Assembly: GCA_037379345.1 (NCBI GenBank)
Contig: CM074518.1
Span: forward strand, 16,306,001 to 16,370,000
Length of the DNA: 64,000 nucleotides
Source of the DNA: Perna viridis
Lineage: Eukaryota
Reading direction: 5' to 3'
Shown here: one piece after another, positions 1-11,200 of the stretch
How positions within the stretch are numbered: position 1 is the stretch's first letter
How the letters are laid out: every line of letters starts with the position of its first letter
Program-made: the position numbers and the translations under genes
The notes under the pieces: model-generated
Told to the model about the DNA's origin: nothing
Databases searched by the model: none
Seen by the model: only the letters and a program-made list of their open reading frames with translations

Positions 1-702
1 ACAAAAATGCACAGGACATATAATTCGGAGGTGGTGTAAACATGACAAATGAACTGAGTTAAAAGTCCTAAATTTTAACATTCTTCCACTGAACCAAATC
101 ATAACTTTTAGTCAGAATTGATTCATGAAAAAAAATCCCAAGTAATATTAACCTATTTTCTACCAATCAGAGGCAAAACTTCAGCAAATAAGTTTCCAGT
201 AAAAATATGAAAAATGTGGAAGGTACCTACTACCAAAGTTGGAACTATATACAACGAAAACCAAGGGGAATTAATTGTGTTCTCGTACCTGTACATACAC
301 AAACATTGAACATGTGTTGTACCTGAATAAATGCAGGAATTGCATGCGACCTTGCAGTAGGTCTTTCCACGTCTTCCTTCACCAAAGCTGTGATCTGCAG
401 AATTCCGTGCCGAGGAAACCGGTACCTCTCGATCAACTCTCTCATTTAATTGATCAAGTGCTGTTGATCGCTCCCGAAACGTTCTCTCCCGTCTCAAACG
501 CTCACCCTCATCTCTCACCACCATGAACGCAGCCATTTTACTTTCGCTAGTGCGTCTACGATTGACTTACACCAGCTTGTGACCACTTGTAAGTTTACTA
601 TCAAAATTTACGTGTACGATGTTTTGTGAAACGGACAAAAAAAAGATTTGACGTACGACCATCTTGCGTCTTACGTTCAACGTAAGAATTTTTGTGAAAC
701 GC
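1..702 (-). mobile_element. PIF/Harbinger DNA transposon remnant (5' end, runs off the window start)
   Basis: Minus-strand reading 536->323 gives MAAFMVVRDEGERLRRERTFRERSTALDQLN/ELIERYRFPRHGILQITALVKEDVERPTARSHAIPAFIQ, the typical N-terminus of HARBI1-like Harbinger nucleases, followed by a CAG|GT donor. TTTTGTGAAACG occurs twice (~622, ~690) and resembles Harbinger terminal/subterminal repeats. Confidence 0.75.
323..536 (-). pseudogene. HARBI1-like transposase first exon, frameshifted
   Basis: ORFs 153..536 and 245..445 join by a frame change in the GAGAGAG run near 440; the exon ends at a GT donor at 322-321. Confidence 0.7.
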
Positions 703-2559
703 TGTATTATATATAGAATGTTTTTCCGTATTGTTTTGCATCGACTGCACCTGTTGCATCCCTTCATAGCGTGAATCTCTCTATGCATATACATTTAACT
801 GTTTTATTGCTATTAAGTTTCAAATTGTTTCTTCAATAATTCATGATAATTAGTTTAACATACCATTCTATTCTATATAGATTGATCAGATACTTATTGA
901 CCGATTCATTGGTTGAATACTTTTTGTTGCATATATGCGTTGTCTGTTAGCAAAAGACCGACAAATATCAATTATCATTGTAACAGTAAAATGTGCTTGC
1001 CTTAATAATGGACATGAATCATTGTCATTTCTTCACCAAAATTGAGAATATAAAGATTATCAAATTTAACTAGCCTATAATACGATTGCTAAATCAAAAA
1101 TGACTCATCTATTTCTTACATTATGTCATGTTTCAACATTCAAAATTAAACCAAAAAATGTAATCCATCGGATAAAACAGAAATGCATCGTACATGTATA
1201 AAAACAAGAACATTTGAATTTGATTTTTAAGCCCTAAAATTCACAGTTATTAAGGAACTTGGTTTATCTAAATAGCACGTCGTTATCTTGACGTAGGTGA
1301 TCTTGCATCAAATTATCACAATTAAATGATATCCATATAAGGATTAATATGAAAAGTTGAAGTTTGAGCTCTTATTTCTGTTCATGCTGAAGATAAACCA
1401 TTTCATATTCCATACATTGCAGTTCATTCAGGATAAAAACATCCGTCTACAAATAACATGTAATAATAAATCATCGGTCAAACAAAAATCATCGATAAAA
1501 CCAGCACAAATCATCGTACAGTAATGGCTTATCGAAGAACCATGCCCCTTGTGCTAAGTGAGAGACAATGTTCTGATGCTTTAATTTATGTAACAGTTTA
1601 TATCTAAATAAAAATTCTTAATATCCTTTGATCGCATTTACTTGAACCAGCTCTTATTTTTAACCTGTACGACCCAATTGTTTTTTTTAAGTTGGCTAAG
1701 CACGATAACACTATTATACAAAGAAGAGTTTTACATGTATAGTAAATCTGGTTTTAACCCTTGACGATTGTTCATTTTGATATTTAGCAGACTTGGCTTC
1801 GATGCTTCGAAAAAGACATCTTGTATTTAAAAAAAAATAAAAGTAAAATCTTCTTATTTATAATAAAAAAAAAACATTTTCCCGAAAGGTCACAATGAAT
1901 GACACATGAATTGTGCTAAAATAAAAATAGAATTATTTAACATGTCGCAAAGTGTCAAAAATTATGGCTAGTTACTGTACTTTTGATTGAAAATCACGTT
2001 ATCCTTTTCCAAAACTGGGACATATATATATCAACCGATCGCAGCATAACAATGTACCTTCGTGTTAAGCATTATTTATAGTCAAGAAGATAAACATAAG
2101 GATTTACCAAGATGCACCGCACCCCCACCAAAAACATAAATACAAAAATAAAAAGGATCAATTATGAACATTAGAAATGAATTTTTCTCAAAATTCTTTG
2201 GTAACAGTGATATAATTTAACTTCAGGTACGTCGTTTTTTTTTCAGGATTGTGACAGTTTTAGTCACTTCCGCATGCATAAGAAAATGGAGACAAATTCT
2301 ATGCTATATCTTTACAGGTACTACTCAGTATTTGTATCTGACATAAAATATTTCAGTTTCTTCAGTTACTTACGACACTGTTAAGGCCTTACACGAAACT
2401 ATATATACACTGTATATGAACAAATCACATTACTTTTCTTCCCAACTATCATGCAAGACAAAAGTTTCCTTGGGGAAAGGGTACAGATATGGTGAAACGC
2501 AACATATACACCATCGTATAATCCCTAAAGAAATTGTAAATACTTACAGAGATCGCCAA

Positions 2560-3310
2560 AATGTCGCCAATAAAAGAATTTAAAATAACAAAAAAAAATG
2601 CAAACAAAGTAACAAAGTAAATGAGCAACTCGGACTCCACTAAAAACTGGGAGCATGGACCATGTGCATCGGTAGGGTAAGCGTCCTCTAATTTTCTAGA
2701 AACACCCGCCGAGTTGTTTATAAAGGGTCAAGACCTGGATATAGGAAAGATGAACGAAAAAATATGACACGTTCAACAAATCAGCCTTCATTGTGCAGAT
2801 GGATACACCGTAACGATTTACGAGTTTCATGATGACGACCACAAAACTTCTGTAGTGATTATTTTAATCTTGCAGCAACATAATCCTGTTTCAAAAGCCT
2901 TATTCTAACAATTCTAGCACGATACAAAAAAGTATGCATAGTTACGGCAAGCTCAGGCATAACGTATGAGTTGTGATATGAAAACTTCATACGCAGGTGC
3001 TAAAGGTAAGTTGCCAGATATGAAAGGGAAGTTGACAATACGGAATGAGAAGTCATTGCGTTTGTCTTATAGTTTGGTCGACAGTTATGTATCAAATCCC
3101 CGAAACTAGGATTCTTTAACGGCAATACTTTAATAATAAATAGAGTGAACTCGTGGATCGGTACAGTGTATGAAAGCGGATTTGTTCAGTGTGTCATAAT
3201 TTTCCTTTCCTCTTTTCACTACCCCGGACTTGACTTTTTATGAGCAACTCGGTTGGTGTTTCAAGCGAAGAGGACGTTTACCCTACCGGTGTACATGGTA
3301 GACCATGTTT
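2560..3310 (-). mobile_element. 5'-truncated Penelope-like (Naiad-type) retroelement: RT C-terminus, 3' structured tail, and an inverted partial copy of the tail
   Basis: Minus strand from ~3085 reads LSTKL*DKRNDFSFRIVNFPFISGNLPLAPAYEVFISQLIRYA*ACRNY, matching the DKRDDF/NFP/SQLIRYAR motifs of Penelope-like RT C-termini. The hairpin-forming tail follows at 2735->2560. An inverted tail copy lies at 3200-3310 on the plus strand. Confidence 0.75.
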
Positions 3311-5299
3311 TTTTCTGAAAAAGGCCTACTTTCAACAGTTGTCATTTCTACATAATTTGCCAAAAAAATATAAATTTCTGACAGTGTGTACATTTCCATT
3401 TGGTTATATTCAATACTACAAGGTTTCATAACAGTGCTGCAAACTGCCAAGAATATAATTCGGGAAGACACACGGACAGAAACCTCTATTGCAGGGGTAT
3501 AAAAACTGAGTGACATAGTTACATTTGTAGTTTTTAATATTGATGTAGTTGATTTATTGGATCTTTTCTATAAAGAAGTTATCGACGGGGAAGAAATATA
3601 TCACTTTCTTAACATAGACACTAGATTATTTATTTACCGTGTGTCACCAGTAAAGCTTATTCAGCCACGTTCAAATATAATCAGTCACCTACCAAAATTG
3701 GTCATAAGTAACCAAGAAATGGATCAAATTATATTAGTTCTTATTCGTTTCCATTCTATGATAAAACTAATACATGCATGAATAGTTAAAGGGTTAGTGT
3801 TCCGTTCAAGATTTGCCCGGAGTAATACCCAGCAGCCTGTTGATTCTTGTAATTCGGGGGCCAATGTGGACATATAATTCATAATAGAGACAATTTTAAT
3901 GGTGGATAGACTACACTTTTGTTGCAACTTCTTAAACACCCAAATCCAAACAGAAATCAGTACAATCTTTGTCGCAACACAATAAAAAATATGACTAATG
4001 CCTGACAATATGCGCATCTCCATTTAGTAATCTAACGCTCCATAGAGTTTCATAACAATCCTGCAAGCCCACAAGGAGGAGTTGAGGATAACACATCAGA
4101 CCAAGTTTCGCAGAAAAATGCCTAAGTTTCAACAGCATCATTTCTAAAATTTTTGTAATTTTTGCACAATATTTTCCAGCCTAAGTGGAAGGGAGAGGTA
4201 TGGAAGTTCTGATTACCGTAATACCCTTGTTAAGCAGTCATGCCAGAGCATAAATTAAAAACATGATAAAACCTCCCAAAATCAAGTTCTAACAACAAGA
4301 TAAATACAGTAGAGAAAAATCCATGAAGCAATGACACAAACTGTTAACAGTCTTTTAATAAAAAAATACAATCATGCAAACATGACTTCTCAATTAGATA
4401 CCAAGCTGTTACGGACCTCTACTAAAAACACTATTTCATATTAGCAAACTAGTTGAGCAGTTCTATATAATAATTAACATTCTCATTTCCATGTCAGTAT
4501 TATTCACTTTACTTTATATTTTTATCAGTATCTTGATTTATCAGGAAAATTTCATGGTTTATATCTCTTTGTGTGTGTGTGTGTCTTCTATCTGAAGTAT
4601 AGTAATATAAAGTACATGCGTATCCTGCTAAAGTGTGCGCTGCTTCCTAGTAGTTCAACCCCAAACTATGTAACAAGAACATGTGTAATTGATGGGTGTT
4701 ATCTGCTTATATGCCACAATATTAATCACTTATGTGATACTAAAGGTACATATTGGTCAATTATTGACAATTTTGACCCCTCATTAATATCTGACCTAAA
4801 AACCCTACAACCTTTAAAGTCAGAGTAGTCCCCACCTTTAGTCAGTTCACTAAGTAAGTCTTTTCATGTGAACAAAGCCAACAATATCATCAACTACACT
4901 ATCGAAACAAACCTTATTTAGCATTTGTAGCATCATCTAATGTTAAGCTTTATTTCAAGGTATTTATCATAAATAATCCACTATTTACATAGGTTAATGT
5001 ACTATCAGTTCAGAATGCAAATATGATAATGACAAAGAATTTCCTAGTCAAGTTTGCATTTTTAATTTCAGATGTGTATGACAATATGAAAATGACAAGT
5101 TTATTTTAATGATATTGATGTAAAAAATTCTAGTTTTCTGTCAAATCCACAGGTTCTTAGTCATCAATTTTTCAAAGGTGGCGACCTTTTTTGCTGTTGA
5201 ATACAAATATTCCTGATAGTGTTTTATAACAACAACACTAATTCTCAGTTGTCCATCAAAACTCCTAGATAAACTTCTTGGTATCTGTTCCATGAGTGC

Positions 5300-8200
5300 C
5301 TATCTGCTTTTGAGTGATCGTCTGGCCATTTCCAAAGCTCCTTCAAATGTCTTATTTCCTCCAATGAATCCTGAGATATGAACAAAAACACAGCCAGGTA
5401 TACTGCTTGCTTGGGAAAGCTCATCATCTCGTAGGCCTTGCCATTCTTTCAAAATTGATATCCTATAAAAGAAATAGCTAAAATATAATCAAATCAGAAT
5501 TAATTAATTTTAATTCATAAAATAAAAGCAAAAGAACAGAAATGAAAACTGATGTATTTTTTTCTACTTTATAAAGAGGGAATAATTAAAAGGTTTTAAA
5601 AAAATGGATCTTCATTTAAATATCAAGTATTATCTATTTTCTGATTATAGAGATGAGATGCAAAAAAGGGAGCTTAGTGTATATATTAGTTAGCACATGT
5701 TCATTTATGTTTTCAGAAGAAATTATGAGAACAAAAAGTAGTAAATTTAAAAAATAATTATGGACAGAATATTTTTTAGGCTTCCAATACATTTTTGTAT
5801 TACCTGTTTTCAAACGATCCAATCCTGACTGGAACACACTGGATTCTCCAGTTTCCATTATTGTCAGGATACAGAACATATTTTATAGTTGGAGACAAGC
5901 CTTGCTCTTGCTCAATATCAAATAAATGGTCTCGCCAGGGACATCCTCCATTAGGGAATGTGACTATTTCACCACTTGAATCAATCTGAAAAAAAAATGT
6001 ACTCTTGTACACAATGGATATTAATACATTGTATACTATACAATATAAGATGCCAGTTGATCTTTTGATAACCTGAAATCAGGCCTTTTTCATATGTTCT
6101 ATACTTGTACTTGTACCAATACCACAAATCCACAGCATTTTTCATAAATAGTAAGAGTTAAAAAGTTTAGGCTTATATTTGTTTCTTTTTATGTGCTTCA
6201 ATAAATCACTCAAATATTTTCCTGTATTTTTCATTTGTCATTTCATGTTATTTTTCATTTTGTGAAGTACTTCAAATCAGTTTTATTTGTTATCCTTTTC
6301 ACCAATACCCATTAGCCATTAAGGAAGTATCGTCTTTATAAATTTTAACAAGTAACCTTGAGTCAGATAAACTTCCCTATGTGACATCTTTCAAATTCTT
6401 GCTATTTTTTTGTGACTAACTATTATGTAAGTTTTAGAAAAAAAAATCCTTCAATGATTTATAAAAAACATTCATATACAGAAGCCATAGCATGACAGAG
6501 TAAAAAATAATTAGATTTTGAGATTTTGAGTTTGAGCAAAAAAAATATCATAATAAAATGCTTTGTAAGGCACAGATTGATACGACAAATTGAAATTTGA
6601 ACAGTTAGAGCAAGTATGGACACACAATTCAAGCTTGATACAGCTTTAAGGTTGATTGCAATAAGACAGGGTAAGAAATCGACCAGAATCAAAGTGGCCC
6701 TATTCTTCGCCATTAATTCCTAAATGATTCCAGTTAAAACCTTCAAAATCTGCCAAAGCTTTCCTTAGTTGGTATGGCACTTTTTGGTACAATTTCAAGG
6801 AGATCCATTCCCTTTTACTCACATCATCAAATAGACATTAAGAACATTCTTTATTTCTTCCACCCTATTGGCCCCTAATTCCTTATAAGGGTCAGTTAGC
6901 AACCCTGGAAATAAATCCGTGCATCTTTTGTTTGTATGACAACTTTTATGTACAATTTTAGAGATATCTGTAGTCAACGTATTGTTTGGACTCCCAAAAA
7001 TGCTTTTTTTCTTCGCCTCTAACTCACACAGGATTCAAATTCAATCCAAGTTTGACCTTAGTTATATAGAATATTGAGGGAGAATATCATAATTATCCCT
7101 ATGCTTTTACTGGAGTTATATACATGTAGTAAAATTCTATGAAAAGATTGTATTGGCCACTTTTTGGCACCTTATTTCAAAATGGTTGAGGCTATAGCCT
7201 TCCAAATCAATAACAACCTTCTCCTTATAGTTAGAGACCTTGTTGTCATGACGATTAACAATCTAATACTTAAATTAGTGCACAAAAACAAAGTTTCCAC
7301 AGAGGATGATGATGACAACTGCTTAAATGACAATGACCGTGCAATATCATTATATGAACACAATTTTTTGTGTTAAAAGGTATGGTCATCAGTAAAATGG
7401 ATATTAAAATGGTTAAAAGAAGTTGCTCTCACAATAAATATGTTAATTTCTTTCTACTTTAAACTATATGCCATAACTATATATTCATGTCCTTGGATCT
7501 GCTACTTATTTATGAAATATTTTTTGAGTTGGTTATAGTGTAAGAATTCTGGCGGTAAGTTTTCCTCTACTTTTTCTGTAGTAGAACATAACCAAAAACT
7601 AAGTGTTAATATCCCCAGTGGGCAACTTTCATTTGCCCTTTTTTTTAATATAGTTTCTATGAGGCCTAATGAAGGATTTCTAATAAAAAAATATTTTGGG
7701 TTTTCCTGTATACTGTAAACGTACTTATTTTCGCATGGTATTTATTTTCGCGGATTTTGCGGTTGACCATTTTCCACGAAAATAAATACCCGCGAACATA
7801 AATACCCATATCACAAAATTTAGAAGAAACTTTATTACCCTAGACAACACATACCCGTCGATCAAAGACAAATTGCTATGTAAACAATTTTACAACCAGA
7901 ACGACCCAAGCTGACCTTTAAATTGTTGTGAAAACAATATCAGGTGAGAGCAGTCCACGCTACCTGTATTTGTAAGATTGACACTTTTATTGTGAATGTG
8001 TTCACTGATCCGAATAATCCATAGTGACCATAATGACCTGTGTACGCTTTGATCTTTATTTATTATGAAAGGGACAGTTAAATAATCGATCCGACTCGTG
8101 CATTAAAATCTACCCAGGGGGAAAGATCGATATTTTTTTTATCTACATTACACTTTCTTTTTCATAGGCTCAATCCTTTGACAATCATTGATTTTTAATC

Positions 8201-11200
8201 ATGGAATAAACTTTGTCTTTTACACGATGTTAAAAAGAGACAGAGTTATATTCCGCGAAAATAGTAAAAGTTAAAACTAGAAAAACGCGAAATTAAATAC
8301 CCGCGAACTTGTTTGAAATTGTAAAATCGCGAATATAAGTACCCGTGAAAATAAGTACCTTTACAGTATCTAGAAATATTTTTTGACTGGTTATTGTGTA
8401 CAAGCGGGAAATTTTCCCACTTATATTTCCTAGGGAGCCTACAGAAGGATTTGAAATAAAAAATATTTGGTATTAAGAAATGTATGAATCACTCTTTATA
8501 CACTTCTGCCTGGTTTTAAGGCAGCGCTGAACTAAAAACATAATAATATCCATTTTACTGATGACCATACCTTTTAACCCTCCTGTTTTTTGCAGGAGTC
8601 TCCCATGATTTTACTTTTAACCCACAAAAAAAAAGTCAGATGCGGGAGGCATCGATCTCCTGATTTCAAGAATTCTTCCTGTAAAACCTCCCATAATTCA
8701 ATTTATCAAATTTTTGTCAATTTTTGTCTGCCATTTTTGTTTATGTCAAACAAGCAGGTGTGTAGCGAAAGCACTTTATTGTCAAAATGCTTGGAATAGC
8801 TGATTGACATACGAGACTTTCTTGATTTATCTTCATTCATATGGACAAATAGTATGATTTACAATTTCGTATGGATAGTTATGTCAAGATTTTACAACCT
8901 TAGACCTAGTGGCCAACCACAACTTGTTTTTCCGTGTTGTTGATCATTTTACTGACTTTGAGAGAGAAAATAAAACATTCCCCGACAATAAAATTGCAGA
9001 GAAATTTTAATGTAAAAGGACTAAATGCACCCAAATTATAAAGCAGGTTATCACACCAAGTCTTGAGGCTACAAACATGCAGTGATTGAAAACTGTAAAC
9101 AAAAACCAGTATTTTATGTGATGAAAGCAATGATAGGTGTGCCAAAAAGTTCTTTGCTACTCTTGTTTGCATTTTCAAAGATGGAAGCAGGTCTATCGAA
9201 ACCAGATTCATTGGCATGCCAGAGATGAACATTGGAACAAGGAAAAAGCTATTTTATGCCAAACCAAGCATCACTTCTGTGAATACATGTATAATTCATT
9301 TTGTTGATTCATTTGAATATATTATGTATATATGGTTTTGAAACAAATATCGAAAATCATCTTTTTTATTTAATTTATAACATTTATAACATAACAAAAT
9401 ATGTCGATAATGTTGTCACACAAAATCTCCCACAATTTTATGATGGATTGCAGGAAATCTCCCGCAATTAGGTTTGACTAGGTTAAACAGGTATGCTGAT
9501 AACACTTGTGCATGGAAAAACAGAATCAGTATCATCAGTATTATAGTAAATTCAGAAGTCATTGCATGCAGTAATTATTGCGATTTTGTAATTTCAAGCA
9601 ATAAGTTTTGAGCAAATTCCTGCATCAAAAATAAGACAAGCTCAACAATATGAGTTTTTAATATTACGAATTTAAGTCAATCACATTTTTCACAAAAATA
9701 AAACATCGCAGTAAATTCTGATTTTACAGTAATACATCTTCTCAATATTATGTTTACCTCCATTCTTTTTTCAATAGCATCCACCACAAGCTGTCTAGCA
9801 GGTAACCAGGCCTTCTTGTAATACAGGACTCTGTCCATAAACTCCTCTCCTACAACCCTCATGGCCTTCAGGAAACAGACCTAGAGAAAACACAATGAAC
9901 AATACATTGCAAACTGTGATATGATGAACTTGTAGTATGGTTTAAGTGTAGGGAATATAACCCTAGATATTCAGGGATACTTCATAAAACCTCAAAATAA
10001 ACCTTAAAGTTGAATCAAAAAGTTACCATGGTCCCAGATAAACAGAAATGACCCAATCTTTGTTATGATGTTTGAGTACTTGAAATGTATTTTTTTCAAT
10101 GACCCATTGATAATTAAATTAAAAAGGAGATACTCTGACCCATGGGTTCAAGATTTCAGAATGATCCCAAAAACAAACTCCAACCATCAAAAACAGAAAA
10201 CAGAAACCTAAAACATACTCTGAGCAGCAAGCAGTTATTGGTTTATTTACAGTTCCACTCTAACAGTTTCATTGTTTACTTTATCTATTATTTTTTGTCT
10301 GTTCTTCATAAGTTAGTTTACATTTAACATTATAAAGCAGATAGCATTGAACTGATTGGACTGTGACAATCTACTTTCATTAATCATATAGATAGAAGTG
10401 ATTTATATCTTTATTTGTGTAACAAAGTTTGATAATTAACACTGTGAAATTAATTTGGTAATTTCACTCCGACTTTCTTCCACCAAAACTTCACAACACG
10501 AATATCATCCACTGATCACAAAATTAAAAACTGATGTTCAAAATAGCAATGAATTAATAAGAAAATCTATATAATAAATAGGATAATTAATTGGTTATCG
10601 TGAATAACCAAAATATAAGAACTCGTGCCAAGAACACTTGAAGATTAAATTGTATGTGGAACTAGTTCCATACAATTTTCAAATAAATACATTCTTTGAC
10701 ACTCATGATTCTATATTGCTTATTCACTCTTTCCCATCAATTATCTAATTATCTTGTATTATGTCATACCATCTCATCAGCATTATCTTCATTCCATTGT
10801 GGGTTTATATTCCTTACTCTGTTGCTTAAAGTTGTTGTGATCTGATACCTTCAGAAAGAACAAAATCATCATGTACTGACCAAAATAAATGACACTTCAA
10901 ATTACATGTAAGGCAATAACACATCAAATATTTTTAGAAGTACATTTCATTTTGAATATTTGTACTAACTTTTTTAATGAACAATAGGAAAGAATGTTTT
11001 ATTCATAGTCCCTGAATAGATCCATGTAACTATTACACTGATTGAATGAAATCACTGACTTACACTTGGTCCCACAAGTCAATGAAGTAACGTGTAGTTT
11101 TAACAGTACTTTCATGAAGAATATTTGTACTAAATTTAACTTTCTAAATGTTGTAAATCTATAAGACTAAAACTACCATACCACTGCATTTATCTTTTTA

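Noticed and set aside
3430-3560. Possible transposase fragment (LQTAKNIIRED)
   Set aside because: Too short and interrupted to support.
8906-9232. 108-aa minus-strand ORF
   Set aside because: Antisense shadow of the plus-strand hAT transposase remnant.
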